Position numbers and translations under genes: made by a program. Below, piece by piece: positions 9,610-19,336 of a stretch of 64,000 bases of DNA. Every line of letters begins with the position of its first letter. Within the stretch, counting starts at the first letter, position 1. Under the pieces are notes generated by a model that worked only from the letters and a program-made list of their open reading frames with translations, had not been told where the DNA came from and did no database searches. Source of the DNA: a bacterium. GTDB lineage: Bacteria > Patescibacteriota > Minisyncoccia > UBA6257 > GWB1-50-10. Location: positions 23,839-87,838 of the forward strand of contig JAJYXV010000015.1 of NCBI GenBank assembly GCA_021801565.1, read 5' to 3'.

Positions 9610-11055
9610 CTATTTGAATACTTGTTTGGAATATTCTGCAAATTTTTTTCCTCGATCGAACTCATTCTCAAATTTTTCAAAACTCGCAGCACCCGGAGAA
9701 AAAAGTACAATTACATCCGACATAAGAATCACCCTTTTGCGTACGTGTGTTAATAAATCTTTCAAATCTTCAAATGTATTCTTCTTTTGGTTCCTAAAAT
9801 AATGACGCGTCTCAAGTTCACGAATCAGTCTTCGTGTTGCACTTCCGTTTAAGAAAAAGAGATTTTCTGGTTCAATTGTACTTTTTATTTCATCCGCGAG
9901 TTTTTTGAATTCGAGTTGCTTATCAGTTCCCCCAGTAATATAGATAATCTTCCCCTCCCGAGAAAAACGCCTGAGTGCAGCGATTGCGGCATCAGGTGAG
10001 GTTCCCGCAGAATCGTTCACTACGGTATAGTTTTTCTTTTTTATGATTATCTCCTGGCGAAGAAAAATATCTGGAAGTGTTATAATTCTTTTTTCAATTT
10101 CTTTCCACGAAACTCCGCTTAAAAAACTTGCAAGTGCCGCAGCAAGGAAATTATACAAATTATGCTCCCCGCGTGCCCACAAGAGTTGCAATATCTGCTC
10201 TTTATATATCACAGATTCTTTTTTCTTATCCCGAAACATAATTGTATTCCCATGAACATACAATCCATATTTACTTTTTGGTAGCGCACGAAGCGAGAAA
10301 AAATATATTTCGCTCTTTGGTTTTTGGTTCACAAAAAATTGTGTCCACTCATTATCAAAATTTAACACGAGATATTGTCCCTCTTTTTGGTTTTTAAATA
10401 TATTTGCTTTCGCAAGCACATAATTTTTCATTGTGTCATGCCGATTCATGTGATCCTGATAGATGTTTGTGATGACCGAAACACCGGGCGCTTGATGCGC
10501 GCGGTCAGCAATTTCAAGCTGGAATGAGGATAATTCAAGCACCGCTGGAGTTTTTGCATCCTTCAAAAAACGTTCCGAAAGTGCAAGCAACGCTTCATCT
10601 GATGAATTCCCGCTTGCACACGCTTTTGGAAAACGAGATTTTAAAAAATGGGCAATCCAGTTTGTGGTTGTTGTTTTTCCACGCGTTCCTGTCACCGCAA
10701 TAATTGGGTTCTTTACCTCCTTAAGAAAAAGTGTAAGGTCACTTACAATTTGCTTTTTCATTTTTGCGGCGATCTCTAAAAATTTGTTTCCTAAAATCCT
10801 TACTGCGGGATTCACTACAATAAAATCTGCATTTTTAAAATCCTCCTCGTTGTGTTTTTCAAGAACAAATTTTATTTTTTTTGAATCATTTCCAAGTACG
10901 GCGATAGATTTCTTCAATTCTTCTCTTCGTCGTAGATCTGTCACCGTAATTTCTGCACCACGCTTCAAAAACCACTTTGTGGTTGCAATTCCCCCGCCCA
11001 AAATTCCGAGCCCCATAATCAATATCTTTTTGTTCTGAAATTGTTTTTTTAGCAT
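9610..11055 (-). CDS. murD: UDP-N-acetylmuramoylalanine--D-glutamate ligase
   Basis: KKILIMGLGILGGG Rossmann motif, AVTGTRGKTTTT P-loop and the Mur ligase middle and C-terminal domains. Confidence 0.85.
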   Translation of the reverse strand: MLKKQFQNKKILIMGLGILGGGIATTKWFLKRGAEITVTDLRRREELKKSIAVLGNDSKKIKFVLEKHNEEDFKNADFIVVNPAVRILGNKFLEIAAKMKKQIVSDLTLFLKEVKNPIIAVTGTRGKTTTTNWIAHFLKSRFPKACASGNSSDEALLALSERFLKDAKTPAVLELSSFQLEIADRAHQAPGVSVITNIYQDHMNRHDTMKNYVLAKANIFKNQKEGQYLVLNFDNEWTQFFVNQKPKSEIYFFSLRALPKSKYGLYVHGNTIMFRDKKKESVIYKEQILQLLWARGEHNLYNFLAAALASFLSGVSWKEIEKRIITLPDIFLRQEIIIKKKNYTVVNDSAGTSPDAAIAALRRFSREGKIIYITGGTDKQLEFKKLADEIKSTIEPENLFFLNGSATRRLIRELETRHYFRNQKKNTFEDLKDLLTHVRKRVILMSDVIVLFSPGAASFEKFENEFDRGKKFAEYSKQVFK

Positions 11056-11531
11056 ATATCAACAATGCGTATTCTCCTTTCTTTCGATCCAAACTGGGTA
11101 ATAATTTCATCTCCAATTTTTTTCCCAAGAAGATTCTTTCCAATGGGAGAATTTTCTCCAATTACTATGATTCTGTTCCCTAATTCATCTTCAATTTGTA
11201 TTCCAGACCCCCCTTTAAGGAAAAGATAATTTATCTCTTTTTCCCCGTCTCGAATTTTTATAAGACTCCCTTCGCATATTTCTTTTTTTGGTATTGTGGA
11301 TATTATTTCAAATTTCTCTAATATTTCTAATTCTCCATTTTTTACAGAAAGTTGTTTTTCAATATCATCCTTCAGTGCATTCATTTGAAACTTTGTGGTA
11401 TCGCTATGTGATTGCATTGCTCCGGGCGCTTCAACAGCCGCTTTCCGCATTGAAAGTATGTTTTTTTCAAGTTCATCCACTTCTTTTTGAAGTTTTTCCA
11501 CCACCTTTTCTACAAGTGCTTTTTTGTCCAT
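11049..11531 (-). CDS. greA: transcription elongation factor GreA
   Basis: N-terminal coiled-coil followed by a C-terminal FKBP-like domain (ISTIPKKEICEGSLIKIRDGEKEINYLFLKGGSG). Confidence 0.85.
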   Translation of the reverse strand: MDKKALVEKVVEKLQKEVDELEKNILSMRKAAVEAPGAMQSHSDTTKFQMNALKDDIEKQLSVKNGELEILEKFEIISTIPKKEICEGSLIKIRDGEKEINYLFLKGGSGIQIEDELGNRIIVIGENSPIGKNLLGKKIGDEIITQFGSKERRIRIVDIC

Positions 11532-11568
11532 ATATACAAAATACCAGAAAACTGACTTATTTGTTCTA

Positions 11569-11598
11569 TTGACAAATGGATATATAATATGGTATAAT
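11569..11598 (+). promoter_or_regulatory. sigma70 promoter TTGACA-N18-TATAAT
   Basis: ttgacaaatggatatataatatggtataat. Downstream is an AGGAG Shine-Dalgarno 8 nt before the ATG at 11671. Confidence 0.6.
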
Positions 11599-11670
11599 CA
11601 AAACAGAAAGTTAAGAAGTAAATAATCAGACTAGAATAGAATTTTTTCAGAAAGTTTTAAAGGAGAGATA

Positions 11671-11943
11671 ATGAAAAACTTATTTTTGAAAATATGGTTT
11701 TCCGGGAAGATTTATTTTTATGTATCTTTCCAGGCAACTGTATATCTTGGTGCCTTATACGGAATTTGTTTATATTTCGTCCCACCTGCATTCCTTAATA
11801 ATTTTGGTGGCACCTGGGGAAAAATTTTCGTAGGAGATTTTCTCCTTATAATGATCTTTTATCCCCTTGTTGTTTTTGAGGGGACAAAGAGATTCTACAG
11901 GGACCAGATGTTCCTGTATGAACTTTACAAGGATGAGTTATAA
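11671..11943 (+). CDS. small hydrophobic membrane protein
   Basis: 90-aa ORF with a consensus promoter, a strong SD and an immediate terminator. Confidence 0.6.
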   Translation: MKNLFLKIWFSGKIYFYVSFQATVYLGALYGICLYFVPPAFLNNFGGTWGKIFVGDFLLIMIFYPLVVFEGTKRFYRDQMFLYELYKDEL

Positions 11944-11968
11944 AGCGGCATTAAATAATGCCGCTTTT
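11943..11968 (+). terminator. Rho-independent terminator
   Basis: agcggcattaaataatgccgctttt. Confidence 0.75.
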
Positions 11969-12081
11969 CCTTATTTTCGAATATAACATATTCCAGCCGA
12001 TCGATATTTATATGTTACATTAAAAATAAAACCCCTTCGCGGGGTTCTATCTTTAATGTCTCCCATTATTCCCTCTACTAC

Positions 12082-14118
12082 TTACATAAAGAGCGTCACC
12101 AGCGCGAGTGTAAGTGTACTTAACAATTTGATAAGCACATGGAGTGATGGGCCCGCGGTGTCCTTAAACGGATCGCCGACCGTGTCTCCAGTTACCGCCG
12201 CTTTGTGAGCATCAGAACCTTTCCCGCCTAGATTTCCTTCTTCAATCCATTTCTTTGCATTATCCCACGCACCACCCGCATTGTTCATGAGTGTTGCAAG
12301 GAGAATTCCCGCAATCGTTCCCACCATCAAAAGTCCTGCCGCCGCTTCCGCTTTAAACACAACACCAACAACAACCGGCACTACCACCGCGAGAAACCCC
12401 GGAAGAATCATTTCTTTCAATGCTCCTTTTGTGGTGATATCAATTGCCTTCGAGTAGTCCGGCTTTTCCGTTCCTTCCATAATTCCCGGATGTTCTTTAA
12501 ATTGCCTGCGCACTTCATTAATAATGTAATATGCTGCGCGTCCTACTGCACGAATTGAAAGACTTGAAAATAAAAACACAAGCATCGCACCCAACATCGC
12601 ACCGATAAAGACCGGAATTTTTGCAAGATCAACAACGGTAATTTTTGCTTCTTCAAGATATGCGGAAAACAATAAAAACGCCGCAAGTGCCGCCGAACCA
12701 ATCGCATATCCTTTTGTAAGTGCCTTTGTTGTATTTCCCGCTGAATCAAGTTTATCGGTATTTTTTCTTATTGAATCAGGAGCGCCTGACATCTCAACAA
12801 TTCCTCCCGCATTATCGACGATGGGACCGAATGTATCCATTGCAAGAATATATGCCGCACTCGCGAGCATTCCCATGGTTGCGATTGCGGTTCCATATAA
12901 TCCCCCTCCCGAAATTCCCGAAAGCTCTCCAAATTTATATGAAGTAAAAAGTGCAACTACAATCGCCACAATAGTCACTCCAACCGATTCAAGTCCCACT
13001 GCAAACCCCTGAATAATATTTGTTGCGTGTCCTGTTTTTGATGCTTCCGCAACTTCCCGCACTGGACGATATTTTGACTCAGTATAATATTGCGTGAAAT
13101 ATACAAATACAATCGACATGAAAATTCCAACAAGTCCAGCCGCGAAAAACCACATGTTTCCGAGAAGATATTTTGTCGCAAAATAAAATGCAATTGCAGA
13201 AAGTACGCTCGTAACCCAATATCCGCGATCAAGTGATTTCATCGGATCTTCATTCTCTTTTGGTCTCACTGAAAAGATTCCAACAATAGAAGCAATGAGT
13301 CCTAATGCGCGAACCACGAGCGGAAATAAAATTCCGCTTAAACCAAACACAGGATAGAGTGCAACTCCTAAAATCATTGCACCAATATTTTCCGCAGCAG
13401 TCGATTCAAAGAGATCAGCTCCCCTTCCTGCACAATCACCAACATTATCTCCCACAAGATCTGCAATAACCGCAGGATTTCTCGGATCATCTTCTGGAAT
13501 TCCTGCTTCGATTTTTCCCACTAAATCAGCTCCTACGTCGGCAGCTTTTGTATAAATTCCACCTCCAAGCTGGGCAAAAAGAGCAACCAAACTTGCACCA
13601 AATCCATATCCAACAATAAGGTGTGGAATTTTTATCACTTCATACCCAAGAACTGTATAGATTTCAAATAGCCCCGAAATTCCCAAAAGCGAAAGCGATA
13701 CGATGGTGATCCCAGAAACCGCCCCTCCACGAAGCGCAATGAGCATTGCTCCTTTAATTCCGTTTTGTGCTTCCGCCGCAGAACGAATATTCGTTCGCAC
13801 ACTCATCCACATTCCCACAAGTCCTGCAATTGCCGAAGAAACCGCTCCAATTACAAATGCAATTGCGGTTTTTGTCCCCATACTAAAATCCCCTGATGCT
13901 CCGTATGCAGCCACAAGTCCTATGGCACCAAGTGCAATAATCACACTAATTGTCGTATATTGACGTTTTAAAAATGCATTTGCGCCGATACGAATTGCAT
14001 CAGCAACTGCTTTCATTTTTTCGGTCCCCGTCTGTTTTTTTAACACTGCGAGAGCCATGTGTGCCGCTACACAAAGCGAAAAAATAGCGACAACAATCGA
14101 TAGAATGTTGTAGTTCAT
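12082..14118 (-). CDS. hppA: membrane-bound proton/sodium-translocating pyrophosphatase
   Basis: 16 TM helices with the GADLVGK and DNVGDCAGRGADLFE signature motifs. Confidence 0.9.
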   Translation of the reverse strand: MNYNILSIVVAIFSLCVAAHMALAVLKKQTGTEKMKAVADAIRIGANAFLKRQYTTISVIIALGAIGLVAAYGASGDFSMGTKTAIAFVIGAVSSAIAGLVGMWMSVRTNIRSAAEAQNGIKGAMLIALRGGAVSGITIVSLSLLGISGLFEIYTVLGYEVIKIPHLIVGYGFGASLVALFAQLGGGIYTKAADVGADLVGKIEAGIPEDDPRNPAVIADLVGDNVGDCAGRGADLFESTAAENIGAMILGVALYPVFGLSGILFPLVVRALGLIASIVGIFSVRPKENEDPMKSLDRGYWVTSVLSAIAFYFATKYLLGNMWFFAAGLVGIFMSIVFVYFTQYYTESKYRPVREVAEASKTGHATNIIQGFAVGLESVGVTIVAIVVALFTSYKFGELSGISGGGLYGTAIATMGMLASAAYILAMDTFGPIVDNAGGIVEMSGAPDSIRKNTDKLDSAGNTTKALTKGYAIGSAALAAFLLFSAYLEEAKITVVDLAKIPVFIGAMLGAMLVFLFSSLSIRAVGRAAYYIINEVRRQFKEHPGIMEGTEKPDYSKAIDITTKGALKEMILPGFLAVVVPVVVGVVFKAEAAAGLLMVGTIAGILLATLMNNAGGAWDNAKKWIEEGNLGGKGSDAHKAAVTGDTVGDPFKDTAGPSLHVLIKLLSTLTLALVTLFM

Positions 14119-14131
14119 ATATGTTTATTTT

Positions 14132-15358
14132 TTACTCCTCTTTATTTTCTGTTTCTAAAGATGAAACGTCTTCAGAAGTACTTTCTGGTGCATCTGCAAT
14201 CCCTCCCTCTTGTACCTCATCGGGACGTGATTGAGATCTCACATCAATCTTCCACCCGGTAAGTTTCGCAGCAAGACGAACATTTTGTCCCCCCTTTCCA
14301 ATTGCAAGACTCAACTGATCTTCTGCCACAAGCACGCGCGCTTCACGTTTCGGCAATGCTTCAACAAGTTTTACCTTTGCTGGAGAAAGTGAGTTCCCGA
14401 TGAATTTTTCAGGATCATCGGACCACTCAATGATATCTATTTTCTCATTTCCCAACTCATTTGTTACTGCCATGACACGCATTCCGCGTTGTCCAACAGC
14501 CGAACCAACTGGGTCAACTCCTTCTTGATTCGATGCTACTGCAATTTTTGTTCTGCTTCCCGCTTCTCGTGCAATTTTTTTAATTGCAACGATATTATCC
14601 GTCATTTCCGGAATTTCCAATTCGAATAATTTCAATACGAAATTCGGATGTGCTCGAGAAAGCACAATTCCCGGTCTTCGTGGATCGTCCTGCACCGCAA
14701 GCACGTAAAACCGCATACGTTGACCAATTCGATAATGCTCGCCCGGAATATTTTCGTTATAAAACATGATTCCAACGGCGCGCCCAAGATCAACATATAC
14801 ATTTCCGCGATCAAATCGCTGAACAATTCCACTCACAATTTCCCCCTCCTTTCCGGCAAATTCCTGTTGAATAGAACTTCGTTCCGCTTCACGAATACTT
14901 TGGAGAATCACTTGTTTTGCGGTTTGTGCTGCAATTCTCCCGAAATCTGCATGTGTTTCAAGTGGAAATTCCATTTCTTCTCCCGCCTCAGCCTTTGGAT
15001 TTATTGCACGCGCCTCCTCAAGAAAAATATGCCTGTCAGGATTATACCGTGGAAGCGCCGTCTCTCCTTCCTCTTTTTCTGTTTCTTTTTGAATCTCTTT
15101 TTTTTCTTTTTCCTCTTCTTCCTCTTCTGTAACAATTCTTACTTCGCTCGGGTCAACAACTGTTTTCACCTGCCAAAAACGTATATCACCCTTCTTCACA
15201 TCAAACTTCGCATGAATTACTTCAGATCGTTTCCGATATTCTTTTTTATATGCGGCTGCAATTGCAGACTCAACTGCTTCAAGCACGCGATCTGCAGGAA
15301 TTCCCTTTTCTCCCGCGATCTGATCAATTGCTGTTGCAAGTGTTTTTATATCCATCAT
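14132..15358 (-). CDS. nusA: transcription termination/antitermination factor NusA (with acidic low-complexity insert)
   Basis: S1 and KH domains (GEIVSGIVQRFDRGNVYVDLG, KIAVASNQEGVDPVGSAVGQRGMRV). The start is the MM at 15358; the track start 15412 is upstream. Confidence 0.85.
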   Translation of the reverse strand: MMDIKTLATAIDQIAGEKGIPADRVLEAVESAIAAAYKKEYRKRSEVIHAKFDVKKGDIRFWQVKTVVDPSEVRIVTEEEEEEKEKKEIQKETEKEEGETALPRYNPDRHIFLEEARAINPKAEAGEEMEFPLETHADFGRIAAQTAKQVILQSIREAERSSIQQEFAGKEGEIVSGIVQRFDRGNVYVDLGRAVGIMFYNENIPGEHYRIGQRMRFYVLAVQDDPRRPGIVLSRAHPNFVLKLFELEIPEMTDNIVAIKKIAREAGSRTKIAVASNQEGVDPVGSAVGQRGMRVMAVTNELGNEKIDIIEWSDDPEKFIGNSLSPAKVKLVEALPKREARVLVAEDQLSLAIGKGGQNVRLAAKLTGWKIDVRSQSRPDEVQEGGIADAPESTSEDVSSLETENKEE

Positions 15359-15472
15359 ATATTTATTTTTTTCTGACCTTTCTAATAAATCACCGCTCCA
15401 AAGAGCGGTCAATCACTTCAAGTGCAAGTATACCATATCCAACAAAAAAATCAATCCCGTTAATAAAAACCA

Positions 15473-15500
15473 ATATCCCGCCGATTAATCGGCGGGATAT
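15473..15500. terminator. 28-bp perfect palindrome terminator 9 nt after TGA stop of 15509 gene
   Basis: atatcccgccgattaatcggcgggatat. Confidence 0.7.
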
Positions 15501-15508
15501 AATTAAAT

Positions 15509-16174
15509 TCAAATTTTGGAATCAGTTTTAAGAAGTTCCAGAAGTTCTCTCGTCTCGGTAATTTTTTTGTCGACATCTCCCTGAGAAAATGTACTTAGAG
15601 CCCATTTGGTATGAAATTTGAGATTTTTATGGAATGTGCTTTCCATTTCAAGAACCTCAATTGGTTTTTTATTCCATTCGGATGCAAGTCCAAATATCAC
15701 CTGCTGGATCCATGCTTCACTAAGCGCCTGGCTCATATCCGCATCACGAATGATTTGACCACACAATGTAAGATTCTCGGACGGGATTTTGTAGGGATAT
15801 TCAGTTACCTGAATTAACGAAATAATTTCTTCTACGTGTTCACGATCTTTCTGGATAACGTATTTTTTGAATTCTCTTATTGCTCTTTCAATATTCAGAT
15901 CATCGTTACCCATCATTCCAGAATGATCAAAGTCATGGAATAGGGCTGCAATAAGCAGATTGCGCATCTCGCGAGCGGTCAACGTCTCGACATAGAAAAT
16001 ACATGCCTGATGACATAACCACACCACATGAAACATATGACGAAAATTGTGGTATGGATGCTGGAGGTTCTGGGCATGATTAAAAATAATTTGAAAGTAT
16101 TCAATGAGATTGCCCTCATAAAGATTACTATCATTACGAATGATCTCTGGTAAGGTTCCGTGTGTTGTCTTCAT
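15509..16174 (-). CDS. HD-domain phosphohydrolase
   Basis: HNFRH ... HDFDH metal-binding motifs. The gene ends in a TGA stop. Confidence 0.7.
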   Translation of the reverse strand: MKTTHGTLPEIIRNDSNLYEGNLIEYFQIIFNHAQNLQHPYHNFRHMFHVVWLCHQACIFYVETLTAREMRNLLIAALFHDFDHSGMMGNDDLNIERAIREFKKYVIQKDREHVEEIISLIQVTEYPYKIPSENLTLCGQIIRDADMSQALSEAWIQQVIFGLASEWNKKPIEVLEMESTFHKNLKFHTKWALSTFSQGDVDKKITETRELLELLKTDSKI

Positions 16175-16247
16175 ATATATTTTCCTTATTTCAATTGAGC
16201 TATAAAAATAGTGCACTATTTAATTAGTGTTGTCAATATTTGTAGAA

Positions 16248-16622
16248 TCAGATATTTTCGTAGTGATGCACAAGAAAATCATTCCCCACTTTTACGAGCG
16301 CTACTACATCAAGTCGGAATCCGTGTTTATCATCCCATAAATTTTTGTGTGAATTTGCATATGAAAGTGCCATTTTTTTAAACCTCAATATTTTTGATCC
16401 AGTCATTTGATTCTCTGGTTGTATTCCTTCGGGAAAATAGCCCTTCATTGTTTTTACCTCAACAAATACGAGCACTCCCTCCGTATCTCGCGCAATAATA
16501 TCCAACTCACCAAATTTTTCACCAACATTCCTTGAAAGAATTTTCCAATATTTTTTCTTTAGATATGTGCACGCAAAATCTTCTCCTTCATCTCCAAGAT
16601 TTCTTTTTTCCGTCTTCGCCAT
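16248..16622 (-). CDS. yraN: YraN/UPF0102 family endonuclease
   Basis: GEDFACTYLKKKYWKILSRNV...GELDIIARD...VFVEVK. Confidence 0.8.
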   Translation of the reverse strand: MAKTEKRNLGDEGEDFACTYLKKKYWKILSRNVGEKFGELDIIARDTEGVLVFVEVKTMKGYFPEGIQPENQMTGSKILRFKKMALSYANSHKNLWDDKHGFRLDVVALVKVGNDFLVHHYENI

Positions 16623-16719
16623 ATATTTATTATAAACTCACAAAATATGAAATAATTGACAGTATAAAAAATATGTATTAGAGTATGAATAGAAAATTTA
16701 AAATCTGAGGAGAAGCATA

Positions 16720-17028
16720 ATGGAAAATATTTTTTTAATATATCTCGTTTCTCTTATTTTTGTTTCTTTCTCTGCAAGAGAGAAAAAATGGAGATTAAAA
16801 AGGGTAATTTTTCTAAATTTGTTACCTTTTCTCTTTTTTGGCTTTTTGTTCTATAAATCTGCCGTCGATAAACATTCCTTGATTCTTTTTTCCTTATTTT
16901 CTATTGGATCATGCGTTCTTGGATATTTTCTGAGACCAATTGGAAGATTTTTTAAAAAGGGCATGGAGGCGTCTCATTCATCCGCAGATGTTTCGGATGA
17001 AGAAGAAGAAAAAGATTATAAATGGTAA
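16720..17028 (+). CDS. small membrane protein
   Basis: 102-aa ORF with a GAGGAG SD, 3 TM helices and an acidic C-terminus. Confidence 0.5.
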   Translation: MENIFLIYLVSLIFVSFSAREKKWRLKRVIFLNLLPFLFFGFLFYKSAVDKHSLILFSLFSIGSCVLGYFLRPIGRFFKKGMEASHSSADVSDEEEEKDYKW

Positions 17029-17054
17029 ATCTCATTTGTTCTCTCTACAAGCCA

Positions 17055-17252
17055 AAAAATCAAATGTTTCTAATTGGAATAAAATGTTTAACGCTAAACA
17101 TTTTTGCACAAAAAAATATAGAAACGTAGATTTCATCGCATTATCAGGTTTTATAGAAAATGTTTAGCAACAAACATTTTGTGGTCTTAAAAATCAAAAA
17201 TGTAGGTTTCATCGCACTATCGGCTTCTCAAAAAGAGAAGCTGATTTTTTTG
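17055..17252 (+). repeat. two diverged ~85-nt tandem repeat units each with a 10-bp-stem hairpin, ending in a terminator
   Basis: aaaatgtttaacgctaaacatttt paired with aaaatgtttagcaacaaacatttt, and gtagatttcatcgcattatcagg paired with gtaggtttcatcgcactatcggc. They are followed by cttctcaaaaagagaag plus a T run. Confidence 0.6.
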
Positions 17253-17280
17253 ATTTAACAGGTTTATCAATTTTATAAGA

Positions 17281-17310
17281 AAAACCCCAATAACTATTAT
17301 TGGGGTTTTT
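17281..17310. terminator. bidirectional terminator
   Basis: aaaaccccaataactattattggggttttt. Confidence 0.7.
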
Positions 17311-17326
17311 AAATTAAAATCCTAAC

Positions 17327-17680
17327 TCATTTTTTTAAATCTCTTTCTAGACATAGGTACTTCCGATTTGCCCATATCTTCTTCCCGTGATATTCAAGTG
17401 TTATCCCGTCCTTAATGTATGTAACCATTTCACTTGGAACCCCTTCCAAATTCCAAGAAATGAACTTACATTTTTTCATAATTCTTGGATCTCCAAACGC
17501 TATATCAATAATTGATCCAACCAGAATTTTTCTCGGAATATCTTTTGAGAAAAATGCACATCTTCCCTCGTATTTCTTAGAAAAAGGTGGGAGTTCTCCC
17601 TCGGAAATAAGAACAACATGAAAAGAGGAGTATGAATTTACTTTGTGTCCACGATAGTTATAAAAAAAGAAACGCTTCAT
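17327..17680 (-). CDS. hypothetical protein
   Basis: 117-aa ORF with no recognised motif. Confidence 0.4.
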   Translation of the reverse strand: MKRFFFYNYRGHKVNSYSSFHVVLISEGELPPFSKKYEGRCAFFSKDIPRKILVGSIIDIAFGDPRIMKKCKFISWNLEGVPSEMVTYIKDGITLEYHGKKIWANRKYLCLERDLKK

Positions 17681-17778
17681 TATTTCGCCTCCTTATCTTG
17701 ATCAAAAAATATCAATTAGATACTAACAAGAATATGCCACCAGAAATTGCATATGTCAAATTTTTATATTGTAATTAT

Positions 17779-18459
17779 TTAACGGAATATCTCTAGCCCT
17801 ATTCCATTTTTTCCCAATGCAAGAAACGAAGAGGGGGAGTCAGTCCACGATCCAATATTTATATAGCGAACACCCCTTGCTGTTTTATCCATATATTGGT
17901 GTGTGTGGCCACAAATAACAACTTGAGCCTTTCGGTCAATCGCGTGTTTCACCGCACCTTTCATAACACGGGGAGAAAGCCGCAACCAAAATTTATACTG
18001 TTTTTTCATAAATCTGCTTGTGCGCCGCTTCCCCCGGTCAATCTTTTGCAACACGCGATATGATACATTCATTGTTTTACTAATCATCCTATTTCGTATA
18101 AGGAATCTATCATACTGGTGACCGTGTATTACTACACACTTTTTTCCGTCAAATATAAATTGAAACTCGCGGCATATTTTTACTCCAATCATTTGAAAAA
18201 AATTCCTCGCAAATCCATCATGATTTCCCTGTACCCATACTACTTCGACATTTTTGTTCACAAGTGTCTGGAGAAATGAAAGAAATTCCCAATCATCTTT
18301 TTTAAGACGTTTTGGATTTTCATTGTCAAATATGTCGCCGTCTAAAACAAGCCGTTTCAATGAAAGATGTTTTAACACCTTTGTAAGTTCCCTTACTCGA
18401 GAAACTTCCGATCCGATGTGTATGTCAGAAACAATCAATGTATCAATAATTTTTTCCAT
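17779..18459 (-). CDS. metallophosphoesterase (calcineurin-like)
   Basis: DIHIG, GDIFD, GNHD and GHTH motifs. The start is at MEKIIDT. Confidence 0.75.
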   Translation of the reverse strand: MEKIIDTLIVSDIHIGSEVSRVRELTKVLKHLSLKRLVLDGDIFDNENPKRLKKDDWEFLSFLQTLVNKNVEVVWVQGNHDGFARNFFQMIGVKICREFQFIFDGKKCVVIHGHQYDRFLIRNRMISKTMNVSYRVLQKIDRGKRRTSRFMKKQYKFWLRLSPRVMKGAVKHAIDRKAQVVICGHTHQYMDKTARGVRYINIGSWTDSPSSFLALGKNGIGLEIFR

Positions 18460-18510
18460 ATTTATGTATTGCACATGTAACATACATGCGCTCATGCTTA
18501 TTTCTTTCTC

Positions 18511-19290
18511 CTACGAAAGGAGAAATTGTATCACTTTTTTTGTTTCCTGAGGAGAACGCACCTTGATGCATTTCACCCCAGTTTTTACTACCGGATAATC
18601 ATTCCCACCGGGGAAAATCATATCGCCAACAAATAATATATCTTTTGTGTGTATATGAAAATACTTTCTCACCCTCCGCACTCCATATGCCTTATCAATC
18701 CCTTTGCGGATTACATCAATAGAAGTAAGGCCCGCAATTTTTGCATCAAATCCCGGTAATTTTTTCTCAAGTATGTTTTTTATCCGTACGCGCACATCAT
18801 GTTTTTTGTTCCATTCATTTTTTTTAGAGAGGGGCGCTTTTTGGCCAAGTGCAGAAAACACAACCTCAGTCCCGCGATATTCCAGTATCTTTCCATATTT
18901 GTGTTTTGGTTTTACAAACCCGATGCGTTTGAGTGCCGTGTAAAACTGCTTTAAGATTTCTTTTTCTTCTTTCTTTGATATTTTAATATTATAGAGTCTC
19001 ACCCATTTCCTTTTTTTATAAACGTAAAACATCGCTGCATTGGTGGGAAGAAGAACTAAATTTTTCAGTATTTGCGAAGCATTTGGAAGCTTTGAAATAA
19101 CTTGTTTTCTAAACAATGCATATTTTTCTCCGCTTACTAACACCACTATTTTTTCTGCTAATAACCCGGAAAGCAACCGTCCCATTGTTTTATCAATCGG
19201 CATTTTGCTTTTTGTGATTGTGCCATCAATATCAAAAATTATTACCCTTTTTTTCTTCAACAAATTCGACAAGGTGATCATACTATTCAT
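18511..19290 (-). CDS. HAD-superfamily hydrolase (IIB/Cof-like)
   Basis: FDIDGTIT motif I and a C-terminal GDMIFPGGND. Confidence 0.7.
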   Translation of the reverse strand: MNSMITLSNLLKKKRVIIFDIDGTITKSKMPIDKTMGRLLSGLLAEKIVVLVSGEKYALFRKQVISKLPNASQILKNLVLLPTNAAMFYVYKKRKWVRLYNIKISKKEEKEILKQFYTALKRIGFVKPKHKYGKILEYRGTEVVFSALGQKAPLSKKNEWNKKHDVRVRIKNILEKKLPGFDAKIAGLTSIDVIRKGIDKAYGVRRVRKYFHIHTKDILFVGDMIFPGGNDYPVVKTGVKCIKVRSPQETKKVIQFLLS

Positions 19291-19336
19291 TATATATAAT
19301 TGAATAATTATTTAATTTAAGTTTTAATGAATACAC

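Noticed and set aside
9452-9802. 116-aa plus-strand ORF downstream of the IR element
   Set aside because: It overlaps the murD 3' end antisense and has no start context. The region is better explained as a structured intergenic element plus the end of murD.
14648-15376. 242-aa plus-strand ORF antisense to nusA
   Set aside because: The translation is extremely Phe/Leu/Cys-rich and low complexity, created by the GAA/GAG-rich nusA sense strand. Similar antisense artefacts are 45918..46592, 35723..36130, 36818..37165, 54678..55175 and 51355..52029.
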